DNA of 63,979 nucleotides, filler included, from Polymyxa betae A26-41 (taxonomy: Eukaryota; Protista; Endomyxa: Phytomyxea): assembly GCA_003693705.1 (NCBI GenBank). It is 5 parts of 5 records of this genome, joined end to end, with 100 filler letters (N's around TTAATTAATTAA, not from the genome) between each part and the next. Parts side by side here need not be neighbours in the genome. Positions count along the whole stretch, not along the records: positions 10,318 to 29,920 come from RBZT01000309.1; 4 more parts are not named here. One strand, written 5' to 3'. Made by a program: the position numbers and the translations under genes. Position 1 is the stretch's first letter, and each line of letters begins with the position of its first letter. Shown piece by piece: positions 12,395 through 23,598 of the stretch. The notes beneath the pieces are model-generated. The model saw only the letters and a program-made list of their open reading frames with translations. It made no database searches and was not told the DNA's origin.

Positions 12395-13115
12395 TGGTGA
12401 AACGAAAAGTCCGTCATGGACTCAGTGACATTGGCCGTACTCGCTCTTAACGATTGTGCCCACGCAACTCCTGTTTTAAAGGGAACTTATCTTGTTTCAA
12501 CAGTAACTAAAGTCCGTGATAATCTGTGACACGGGCAGTTTTGACTCTTTTGGACGGTGCCGAGCAACTCATTTTGTGAAAATAATAAATTGCATTTTTT
12601 CAAGTGTAACGTAATGATGGGTGGTACTCGCCCGCCCGCATGGCAACCTCCTCCCGATCATACCACCCCAGTGGCGAATTTTGTTATTTTTTGAGTGTAA
12701 CGTAAAGTCGGCGGCAGGCTCCATGACACGGGCCGTATTGACACATTTGGACGGTGTCCGAACAACGACTCTCGTGAAAAGAGGAATTTGCATTTTTCAA
12801 GTATAACGTAAACATGGGTCGTACATGACCGCGCTGCAGCCTCCTCGCGATCATACCACCTCAATGACGAACTTTTCAGTTTTGGAGTGTAACGTAAAAT
12901 CCGTGGCGGGCTCCTTGACACCTGCCGCACTGACAGACTGTGTCCGTGCAACTCTTCTCTTGAAAAGAAAAAGATTTGCATTTTTCAAGTGTAACGTAAG
13001 GATGAGTCGTACTCGACCGCGTCCCGATCATACCGTATCCCAATGACAAACTTTTTTATTTTTTCAGTGTAACGTAAAGTCCGCGACGAAGTCCGTGACC
13101 AGGTCGTAGCGCCCG
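12395..13115. repeat. Tandem array of about 8 degenerate ~95-bp units, arranged as ~190-bp dimers
   Basis: GTGTAACGTAA-like motif near 12400, 12503, 12605, 12697, 12802, 12889, 12990 and 13069. TGCATTTTTCAAGT recurs at about 12591, 12789 and 12977. Confidence 0.85.
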
Positions 13116-13857
13116 CTTCCCAGTCGCCATTACGACAGATGCGGTACAATTTTTGGTGCCCCACGATAGTTCTTTAAGGTACACAAGTATATAATTGTTA
13201 GAACAACAAACGTACACACTGTACGTGCGTTACCCATTCACAGAACAAACGTTGTTGAAAAACCGAACCCACCTTGGCCAGGCGTACGCACGCTGCCCCA
13301 CGATTGGTCGTTAAGGTAAACAAGTACCTAATCATTAGAATCACAATCGTACACACGGTACGTGCATGATGAAGAAGACACCGATACAAGCGCCGCCCAT
13401 AAGGCTACCAATTCAAAGACGTAACGTCGAAACCAATCTTGTCAAATTGGCAAACTTGTCAACCTATTGAGGCCGAGCTCGCAAAGACCCATTCAATGCA
13501 ACACCTGTAAAGCGGCAAGTTCAGATTTTAACAAACCGGTGGGCCGATGCTGTTTTGGGGGGATTGTACGCACAATAACCTACGTGATGTCACAAGGTTA
13601 AACACGGAAACCGACGTAACCCACAAAGCGTAGACATGGTCCGTGTGTGACAACGACGTCGATCTATGCCTGGCCGATCGTCATTCACGCCTGCAGATGC
13701 CTTTAATGCCATTCAATTCACAAACGTATGCGTTCGTACTGCAGCCATTCGACAAACCAGGTCCATCTTCCATCAACAAACCAGTGGAAGAATTGGGTAC
13801 TTTTTGAACGCCCACAGGGCTTAACAATTCGAACGAAAGACCCTCCGAGGTCGCCTC

Positions 13858-15357
13858 ATGGTTGCCCAGGTGGGAATCCCAGAATTTTCTGGAGATCTGT
13901 CTGAGCACGATTTGCATTGCAGACTAATGAATTTTCGGCTATGGGTGATGGAAACGTATTATAATGACCGGCGTGGAGCACCGGAAGCTGCCGCCCAAGC
14001 TCAACTTACCATTGCCAGGCTGTATTCCAAAGTAATTTCTGGAGAGCATACGGAAAAGGAGCCAATTCAGCTGTGGTTCTCTATCCAACGATTTCCATGC
14101 ATTGTATTGAGGTTGACAATAGGGACGAGAACGTACAACTGGCGGTCGTTAAACAGTTTCTGGAATCGCGAAAAACGCTGGGTGCATCAGCAAACACGAT
14201 GCGGAAACTCACGCACAACTTGCTTCTGTTTAATGAGTGCGTTGGCGAAAACTTGGACGACCCCTCGCGGGTTCCTTTTAGGGAAATGTTAAAATCACAG
14301 ATGGGGCGTCTGCGTGATGGCTTCTGTAAACTAGTGAACGACGCACGGAAACAGATGACCTCGCACAACGGTAACTGGATCAAGTTGAACTGGACTGGAA
14401 TTTGATGTTTGTGCCCTTAGGTTTGCACACTGCGGTCGGTGCGCCGGCACCTCGGGATGCGCGAAATCTGAAAATCCTACCGCCCCCCAAATATCATAAA
14501 GGACATTCTCCGGCAGGCCACACAGGACGCTAGACCATCATTACAGTGTTTGATGGAGCGGAAATATTCACAGATAAACGACCATCGGTTGCTGTATCTC
14601 AACAATATGCTGCTGGTAATGTTGCAGGTATACCCGACGTGCACTGCGTTTCCTTCTGTCTTAACGAAATATCTGTAGGTTTATTCGATCCAAATTCGCA
14701 GCGAGGAGCGTCTGTCCATGGTCGTAGGAGATGTACAGCAGATTGAAAGGGCCAATGGCCTATGGGTCAACACGGCTGAAAAAGACAACAAAAATAAAGG
14801 TATAATCGTGGCATCGGCAGGGATATCAATCGATCAGACTCTCATGCCCGTTTGTTTTAGATCGGCCCGCGATCAGAACTCACACACCGGCAGGAATCCA
14901 AATTCTATTGTTGTATAGGGATGAAATTCGTCCTGCAATGATGGCAAAATTTCCCATGGCTCGTGCGCACGCTGGCGATTCTCTATTCGTTACCAGTAAT
15001 GGTAGAATGAGTCGGCAATATCACTCTACTGTTCCTTTTTTAACTGGTCATCCATTACCACGGATGAAGCGAACACAATGTTCTTATTCGGCTTGTAGTT
15101 GGACCGCTGAATATCACATCAAGCCGCAAACTATCAGGCAATTGCATGACACGCTGATACATCAGAACGTCACGGACACAAAGCAACGCCAGCTAATGTT
15201 TGAAGCTTCAGGACATACCGAGAAGGTAGCGCTGCAGTATTATGCATCCGAACAGGAGACCCGCAAATCAGCGGCCATCGTAGAGCTGTTTGTGAAACAT
15301 GTACATTCTTATATCGGCGAGCTGGAGTGGACGCCACTGCAAAATACAACAATATAA
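13858..15357 (+). CDS. Intron-containing tyrosine recombinase (possibly degenerate)
   Basis: Core-binding-like LGASANTMRKL; QIRSEERLSM (catalytic R region); KDNKNK; SLFVTSNG; IKPQTIR; SGHTEKVALQYY (H...Y nucleophile). Likely introns near 14371-14420, 14616-14678 and 14800-14860. Confidence 0.65.
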
Positions 15358-15385
15358 AATGAAAGCAACTGCATTAATATATTTA

Positions 15386-16081
15386 TTATTGCCTGGAAAA
15401 GCAACCGTCTTTGCCACACAGGCAAACCATGTTGTTATCAGCAAAATACTGGCGGCTGTAATCGAATGTGAGTTCTTCTCCCAATTTGATGTCGACAATT
15501 GCAAAAATGCCAACGCGGCTTTCCCCGGTTGGCATGGACCACGTTTCAGCCCGACAGTTAGGTTGACAGCTATGATTGATGAAACGGGCGTATCCTCCAT
15601 AGTCCTTGGCATCGATAGACATGCTGGCATCGACTTTAAGTACATATCCCGCTTTCTTCTGATCTTTCGACACAGTCCCGTCATCGTAAATGGCTCCAAG
15701 ATACTCGGCAATATAGTTATCGGCCGCGATTGGCTCGCCTGCGAACAGCCCGTAACCTCGATCTGTTGTTGGTTGAATGGAAACCTTAGCGGTCCGACGC
15801 TGTTGGATACGCTGGTTTCTGCAAAGGTTTCCAGCTCGACAGTATCGTGGATCACATTCATGGTACGTCTCGCGACCCATACGAGTGGTTCTGTCGCCGC
15901 ATTGTGATTTGTCATCACATTCACAGCAGTTGTCATCTGGTTCCTTGAATGGTTGTACAGCACCAACGTATATGTTAGAAACAATGGGCGTGTACATAGC
16001 ACACTGTTGCCAACGATAGACAATCAACGCCAGCGGAATTGATTGCCCCCAAATTGCGTGTTTGGACTGCAATCTGCGCAC
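15386..16081 (-). CDS. AWS-SET-postSET lysine methyltransferase (Set2/ASH1-like)
   Basis: Cys-rich AWS (ECDPRYCRAGNLCRNQRIQ), RGYGLFA, IAEYLG, ARFINHSCQPNC, GEELTFDY, post-SET CLCGKDGC. Uninterrupted ORF; true start uncertain. Confidence 0.93.
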   Translation of the reverse strand: MRRLQSKHAIWGQSIPLALIVYRWQQCAMYTPIVSNIYVGAVQPFKEPDDNCCECDDKSQCGDRTTRMGRETYHECDPRYCRAGNLCRNQRIQQRRTAKVSIQPTTDRGYGLFAGEPIAADNYIAEYLGAIYDDGTVSKDQKKAGYVLKVDASMSIDAKDYGGYARFINHSCQPNCRAETWSMPTGESRVGIFAIVDIKLGEELTFDYSRQYFADNNMVCLCGKDGCFSRQ

Positions 16082-16559
16082 GAAGACGGCAGGAGCCGCA
16101 TACGACTACAAAGCTCTGGCTATCAGTGGGAAGGATTACGCAAGCAAAAGAAGCTATTGAATAAAAGACTTGTATTTATTGACGTTATAGGAAAAAATTG
16201 GTAGCTTAGACGAATAATATTTGATGAAAAAAATCGGTTGACATGGACCACGTTTCAGCCCGATAGTTAGGATCTTTTTTCTTCTTAGCCATCTGCTGTG
16301 CAATTGTTAAAACCACGACTATGAATCCCCCGGCGGACCGGTACGTCGTATGAACCCGCGCGGAACCCCGTTGCCCCCTGGGCGCCGTACTTCCCCGTCA
16401 CGGACCCCGCCACGGAGTCCGCCTAAGCGAAACGTTGCCCAAGTCGCCCGACGACTCGCCCCAGTCGCCGACCTGCGCGACTGGGCTCTCAAACACTATT
16501 TTCTTTATTATGTAAGTAACTCTAAATCTTGATTTTCCACAAAAGTACGTACGCAGTAA

Positions 16560-16815
16560 CATGAACAGCGTACGCAATACTTGTCGATGACTGACGCAAA
16601 GATCTGATGAACAATAATAATGCGAACCTGAAGGAGGAATGAATCTATCCGTTAATAATATTGGGCTCGACTTCTAAGAGGTCCGCACGGATGCCGTACG
16701 GACCTGAGCTGCTGGAGATGGGATTCGAGCCTGGAAATAAATCCGAATTCCTTACCGACTGACGAAGTCTTGTCAAAACTTGTAGTACTATATCGCGATT
16801 TGAAGAATCCGCTCC
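16560..16815. repeat. Dispersed repeat with GC-rich hairpin, copy 1
   Basis: Similar to about 38515..38780. Hairpin GGTCCGCACGG-ATG-CCGTACGGACC at 16680-16704. Confidence 0.7.
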
Positions 16816-16844
16816 AGGTTGAAGACTTTTGCATGATGACACTG

Positions 16845-17070
16845 AAGGCTGACAAATCCTGTAAGTGTCCTGTCGCTTGGTTAAAACAGCAGACTGAGCG
16901 GTTCTCGAAATTAAGTCTGCTGGCGCGCGATATTTTAATGATAATGGGGTCCTCAGTTGCTTCATAATCTGCCTTTTCCGACAGCGGAGATCTTGTCACT
17001 TCAGATCGATGCTCGCTTTGAAGAGAATATATGCGAAATGATGAAACTCCGATCATGGAATCGTTTATTT
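16845..17070 (+). pseudogene. hAT transposase C-terminal dimerisation domain remnant
   Basis: PVAWLKQQTERFSKLSLLARDILMIMGSSVAS*SAFSDSGDLVTSDRCSL matches the hAT dimerisation pattern. Confidence 0.8.
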
Positions 17071-17183
17071 GTTATTTTGATTAAATACTGTAAATTTTGC
17101 GTAAAATGAAATATCCGCGATGTTTCCATGTCCGATTGTCTCTCTCTATCTAGAAATATCGCAGCAGTATTTCCTGCGTTGCG

Positions 17184-18228
17184 ATGGCGATGACAGCCCC
17201 TGATAGCGGCCATCTCTCCCTTGAAGCAGGCGTTAATAATGGTAGTCGTCCCCCAACTCTTTCTAGCTCTGTTATCCAGAATGAACGCATTAACATCGAC
17301 GAGTTATACCGTCTGAAGCTGAATGCACTGGTGAAACCTTACAAAAACGCCCAGGCGCGTTCTGGAGTGGCATTGGGAGTAATTGATATCAATATATCTA
17401 CTCTTGAAGCATTTCGAACAGCCGTTTTCGACGTAGCCTCATACCATGTGGAAGGTATCGCGGTGCATGAAAACCATGAATTTTCCATGAGAGCCCAGGA
17501 GGTTTCATGTGACGATTTGGAAATGCTAGTTACTTTCAAGCATCGCAACCACTTTTATAATATTGACAGTAAGTTAATGTACTGTATGGATTAGTGTTAA
17601 CCTGTTTGGCTCGATTATGAGATTCATAGGCATTTCTACATCAATACAGCGAAACTGGACCGCTAGAGGCCATACTGTTGATTTCTTCATATACAAATAT
17701 GGCGTGAATGTGCAGACCTCTGCACATTATTCTGATTTCCTTGCAGCTGTGTTGCAGCCAGCCGAGGTCGATCGAGCAGGAGCCGCATCTAATGAAGTGA
17801 TGTCTTCGATCGTCAATCAGCTTCGAAACCGTTGGGGCACCACCTACGTTTCACAAACCATAAATTGGCAAATCTGGGGCAATTCGATATCCACCGAACC
17901 CACTCACAGTCATGCTGCTTCGATGAGCCAACCACCACCCATGGAAATCGTTCATTTGTTTCGACGTTCCCCTACAAATGGAGATGCTGTGCTCTCTTCC
18001 TTGCGGCGAGATAATACTACATCGTTGGCGATTCTGGATGATATTCTCCAGCAAATAGGGGAATTTGAAGAACACATTAGTTCACGCCTGAATCGTCTGC
18101 GAGATAATCTCGAGCGCCATCAACGAACAGCCAGAGCCCTCAGGAACGCTCTGCACCCAGAAGAAAGGCCAGACAGATCTGCAATTTTTTCCGAGATTCC
18201 AAATATGCCTGATCTTGACCATGACTGA
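17184..18228 (+). CDS. Uncharacterised protein convergent with the DD34E transposase (probably two exons)
   Basis: ORFs 17184..17594 and 17617..18228 are separated by a GT(AAG)...AG intron candidate from about 17569. Contains AEVDRAGAAS...RWG...INWQIWGN and a C-terminal coiled coil. Confidence 0.6.
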
Positions 18229-19408
18229 TGATCGTGCTTTTATAAAATTGGATATACTTAAATCCTAGTGTTTGCATGTCTATAGAACTGGGATAAGCTT
18301 TTCCCGGATTGAATCGGCCTGATGGAGAATATCCACAATGGACGAACACTTTGCGTAGTGAAAAATCATTGAATCGGTCAAGCGCTGTTGAAACAAGCTG
18401 AATCAATTTTTTATGGGCGATCGAGCATTCTGGGTACGAGCGGCGCATGAGCTTCTTGACATAACCGAAGAAGAATTCTATAGGGTTGAAGAACGGGCAG
18501 TATGCTGGAAGAAACACAGGGAAGATCCCTATTGAACGAAGGAAATATCAGGAATTCGGATGACAATGAAGTCTAGCCCCGTCCAATATCCAAACCGATC
18601 GCCTGCCAGGATGTAGCTGTACATTCTTGGAAAGCGCGAAATCTCTGCAACAGGAAACGAATCGAATTCGATCAAAAGTTCCATCAGTCACGAAAGTCTC
18701 GACAAGACCATCACAATCGATAAATCATAGTAAAGAGATTCGAGGCATTCTGTTAAATTCTCCACGGTACAGAAGGGTATGTCCCTGTTGAAAGTATCTC
18801 AGCAAGAGCTTGGTTCGAGCCAAATAAATGAAGATACTTTGACAGCGTACCCTCGTCGGCGAAGCATTCCTCGATGGTCGAAGGACATTCGTCAAGAAAT
18901 ATCAAATTTTCATGGGTCCAATGTAAAGAGAAGAGCTCCCTAAAAAATCGTAGGATATCTTTCACCAATATGTGCATTGCCCGCCGCTCGATACACTATA
19001 TATGCAAAGTCATTGAGGGATTCCTGCATCGCACAGCCATATAAAAACCTTGTAGGAAAGATTTGATTCTCGCATGAGGCGCCACACGCTAGACGTGCTA
19101 ATGCTGAGGTTCCAATATAACATAAAGGCCCGTCTGGTTTCATCAAGGAACGGTACAGGGTGTGCCATTATATACCGAACTATCCATTGCCGCTGCTCTA
19201 ACGAAAATTTCACTTTGGACCCACTTGATGATCGCCGTGAAATGTCTCCTTCATGCTTGTATCTATCAATCCAGCGCGCTATAGTGGCTTGTCCCTTTCG
19301 GTATATAGTGGCAATGCGTGCTATGTTGAAGCCTAAGATAAAATATGCATAAACAGCATGCTCTTTTGTATTTAAAGAGGCCTGCTGGCCGTCCAGAGTT
19401 GCCAACAA
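18140..19408 (-). mobile_element. IS630/Tc1-mariner-type DD34E transposase pseudogene
   Basis: N-terminal HTH (IATIYRKGQATIARW), LIFLDE, WILDGARLH and FLPAYCPFFNPIE, with 34 residues between the second D and E. Contains stops and frameshifts. Confidence 0.88.
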
Positions 19409-19559
19409 ACCAAGTCCTTGCCTCGCCTCTCCTTCATGCTGCGATCTATATCGGCGGAGCCTCCCAATTTTAGCGGAGTGCGAAATTTAGCTATCGCGTT
19501 CTTCCATTCCAACTAAGAATCACAGTAAAGCAAGAAAAATCAAGATTACGACTTTCAGA

Positions 19560-19662
19560 AATTAACCGGTTAAACTGCGGGTAACCGATTAATTAACCGG
19601 TCTAACCGGTTCGGGTATATCGTTGAACCGGTAAACCGTTAACCGAAATGTGGCCACCCTTA
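19560..19662. mobile_element. hAT-like terminus with AACCGG subterminal repeats
   Basis: Dense (T)AACCG(G) repeats in both orientations, ending GTGGCCACCCTTA. Truncates the 5' end of the adjacent YR element. Confidence 0.55.
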
Positions 19663-22600
19663 TAACCGGGAGCCGTGAACTTGCAGAAAATTCGCTTAAA
19701 CAGTATGGTTTTATTTTTAGATCTTTTAAAAGTTGTCTAAAGGGTATTGGCGAATTTTCTTCGTTGCTTATGTTGGATGAAAACGCACCCAAAGAATTTT
19801 GCCCGTCTTTAAGCGCTGATTCGATCATCGCCTACATTGATTACAAAGTTCTTCCAGAGGGGGCACCTCTTGTTATTCAGGCGGAGTCGTATTCGGATCC
19901 CGGATTTATTGGTCCCGTTATTGAGATTTTCACAAAGCAGCAGCTGGCTGACTCAGGAGGTGGGGCGCACCGGCGTCCTACAATCGGTTTCTTTCAGCAA
20001 TAGCAACTCATCACAGCGCCCATGCACAAACGGGCCAGTATCAAGACCCTTGCCTGCGATGCATTTTCCCAGTAGTGGGAAAATTCGATGGGCTGCAGGT
20101 TTCATCCAGATTTTGCCCAATTGTGGCGAACTGGCTATCCTCCTAATCTTGAGAATGTCAAAAAGAGATACAGCAAGGTCACTAAAACGGATATTCCAGA
20201 TTATGTACCCCAAGGTAACTCCCCCATCCATCCTCACGATGTAATTGCTGCTCGCAATACTTGGCTCAGCAGAAACGACCGGGCAGCGATGCGTCTTTGA
20301 GTCATGATTTTTTACTTTCATATTCAACCTGCTCTTACGATCTGCAGAGGGTTGCTCTCTTGCGTTTCAGGATTTTGTTCGCTTCGGCTTCCGCTATCCA
20401 TCGCTTCCGTATCCGCACCAGCGGAGGTTTCCGAGTTTGCAATCGAGCCAACTACCAACTATCTGCAGCTATGCAGTTCACAAGAGCCCACGAGGATTCC
20501 CAATCTAGAATATGGATTTTTTTAAAGTAAAGCTTACAATAATCATACGATGCATTTAGCACCGGTGCCGAGGACCAGATTAACTACGTGCGCGCCTCGG
20601 ACAAACTTTGTGTGAAAACCCCGTGGACTCTTCCTCATCGCCAATGTTTTCTAACAATTTTTTTTACAGCTCAAAACGCCTTAAAGAGACAATTTGATAG
20701 GAGCCACGGGGATTTTTATCAGTGGTGGCACAAATTGGCTGTTCATTGCTTTCTCTCTGTTAATCGATAGATCTCGAGGAGATAAACAAAATTACAGCAA
20801 CAGCAATAAAAAAAGATAAAACCTGACGCTCCTGATACTGTCCGAAGCTATAAAGGCGGAGAGGTTCTTGAATCATGTCATTTTTACGGCCGCGCATTTT
20901 CCGCAAGACTAACGCACTTTTGATTTTGGCTCGCGCAGTTTTGTGCGCAGCGTCCTCGCACAATCCTGTGCGCCGGTGGACAAAGGATTTGAAAGAACGC
21001 GGTCAATGGGATTTTCTTTACTTCAGTGAGCCAGAGTGCTGCTGAGCTAACCTCCCGACTTAAAACAAAAACCCAAGGGCCTTCTAACATTTGTTTCTTT
21101 GGCTTTTGTTCCTTTGGCTTTTGTTCCTTTGGCTTTAAGCAGCGTAGGTATTGCTCAGATTTGGCGGATTGCCCGCAATTGTTATTCTCATAATGGACGC
21201 TTACCGCTTAAAGGGTAACGGAGGTAATTCTTTGACTCCAAAGCAAATTGAAGTTGCTTTCAACAAGTACAAAAGCCATCGTCGATTTTCAATGCTAATG
21301 TGAATAACTTGAAAATAAACGTGGATTTCTGGAAAATCCAACGAAAAATTTGGACAAAATTTACGGACTTTTTCGGAACCAAATTGAAACACTGTCCTTT
21401 TAAGTTGTTTTGAGCTGTATTCTTTGACATCTGTAGATCCTGTCACAAAACAAAGTGGCAAGAGTGGTTAAATACCTCAAGGGAAAGTCAGACGATTCGT
21501 AGAGGCATCTGATGGTCTGGAGAAACGAAAAAGTCCCGGAATTCTGCCTGGTACGTCATCTGGCTTGGGTTCATATTTTAGGGAAGGACTCTGGATACCA
21601 CTTCCCTGATCATCAGGGGATTCCCATGTTGACTACAATATCTTCAACCATCAGTGTGTATTGATGTATTGTTGAAATTTATATCGTGTTGAACGGCAAT
21701 CGAATTCAGATTTCAATCTCTTCTTGAGAACGTTTTGGGAAGGAAGATGAGTGTTTGGGACGCATTCGTTAAGGAAAACAGGATACTGGATGGCAATATG
21801 GTGTGGCGGCGCAGTGGGGCACATTATGCTGTCTGCCCGCCATTTTACAATAGCCAGTGCCCAAAAATATTATGAAGACGCAGCAGCGCTCCTTCAAATG
21901 GCACGAGTTCAACGGTTTGCTTTTGTGTCCTTTTTTAAATGTCCTTCGCTGAAAGCAAAACAGTGAAAATGTGCTTTCAAAGTGCGCTTCTCATTGGAAG
22001 CCTATTCACGTTTTTATTCACTTTTCTAATCCCTGTGCAATGTTTGCCCTCAATTTCAACCTACCCGATCGTCCAAGCATTGCATTCTACGCTGGTGAGT
22101 TTTTCAAGGTTTTGTTTACCATCAGATTGCTACACCGAAACAATCCACGAAACGTTATCGAAATAGCAAGTGCTATTGTGAAGCTAGAGGACGAGGAAGA
22201 AGTCTATAAATAAATTGATGATGTGCTGTTACCGTTACAGCACGCAGGTCTTGGAGACGTCAGTCACGAACTTCTTCGATTGGTATGAAGAAAGATGGCC
22301 TCCCAGACCGAAAGCGTCGAGAATAGCAACCGAGAGTTTGGAGAGAATCCAGAGGAGAAAGGCGCCGATTAACCAGCATTGGTTCGCAATGATCCACTAG
22401 CAGCTCCAAAAAAAAACGACGCATCGATGGAGATTTCGATTTCAGTGACCGCGATCCCTTAAACTGACCGATACTAGGACCAAGCTGACGAAAATTCTTC
22501 ACATATCTCAGCAGTCGGCTGGTCATAGGGTTGCTGACTTCTCATCATCGTCCAGAACAACTCATTATTCTGTGGCTGCTCCAATTTTGAAATGTTTTCT

Positions 22601-22740
22601 CGAAGCATTGTGATAGTGACGAGAACGAGAATATTCGTCGTTGGGGCAACAATTTTCCTCACAGCGATTAGAAGAAGAAAAAATGTCCAGTAACAAATTG
22701 TCAATCAGCAGGTCAGTGCGGTTTTAAGGAATCTCAATAA
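19663..22740 (+). mobile_element. Crypton-like tyrosine recombinase element (degenerate, interrupted)
   Basis: In order: LAENSLKQY; FNLLLRSAEG (catalytic R); ~1 kb insertion; LKGKSD (K); EFCLVRHL; GTHSLRKTG (HxxR); SARH...AQKYY (H, Y); C-terminal Cys-rich domain ending at TAA 22740. Confidence 0.8.
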
Positions 22741-23598
22741 ACTGTTCCAATTTCTTCATTGCCAAACTCGTGATGCCAAACTGATAGTAATATCACTTGC
22801 CATCAATAATTTGCTTTCGAAATTTTTTTACCTACCCTTCTCCTACCCCCGCCATAAAGGTATATTCTGTAAAGTTATGCGCATGACCGTGGGCGCGACC
22901 CTATCAGTGCGGCGTCATTGCTGTGTTGTAATTCGCCCCTTCAACAGTAACGCCTATAGGGGGTTTGGGTACACCGTCGATCATAAAACGGAGCTCGGTA
23001 AAAATTTCCCTAACGCCATTGTGAACAGATCGGCCAAGTTGTTCGCGGTTAAGATGTATGTGCAGACGACTTTAATTTGTGCAACCAAAACTCGAATGAA
23101 GTGCTCTCTCAGTGCGATATGCTTCATCTTCGAATGGTTGAATTCACTTGCGCAAAACGCTATTGATCCCATGCTGTCCTGGAACAGAGCAGTTGGCAAG
23201 TCTTGCTCGAACCTGAACTCCCGGAGGACTGTATGTAGCCATAATGGCTCGCATCCAGCCTGCAATCCTGCAATGGTCTCAGCTTCGCACGATGATAACG
23301 CTGTGCTGGTCTGTTTCTTAGTCCGGAAGGAGATGGGACATCCATTCAGAAAGAGTATGTAGAGAGATGTCGATCGGCGTGTGTCCGAATCGCTTGCCCA
23401 GTCAGAGTCAAAATTCCGAGTTAGAGCATCTCCACCGCTACGGCTATTTCTATTGCTATATATATCCGCAGGAGGGAGTACTATTTTAGAAATAGCATAC
23501 AACACGATGTATTTCCACAGCGGTATCGACAGTTTGTCAGGTTAAGCGTTGTTTGTAGTGCGTGGAACTCCATTGTTTAGTTACAATTTGTATTCATC

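Larger units (their letters stand above)
12150..16490. mobile_element. Putative YR + SET-domain mobile element
   Basis: Convergent YR and SET genes, a left-end repeat array, and imperfect inverted repeats at about 12162-12184 and 16396-16418. Exact ends not determined. Confidence 0.55.

Noticed and set aside
12395-13115. Regularly spaced GTGTAACGTAA motifs as a CRISPR-like array
   Set aside because: The intervening sequences are homologous to each other, so this is a degenerate tandem repeat.
15268-16023. Long alternative-frame and antisense ORFs over SET (similarly 22811..23362 and 32135..32749)
   Set aside because: Shadows of recognisable coding sequence, with no motifs of their own.
17184-18228. 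Fanzor/TnpB nuclease next to the IS630-like transposase
   Set aside because: No RuvC D/E/D motifs or CxxC zinc ribbon visible.
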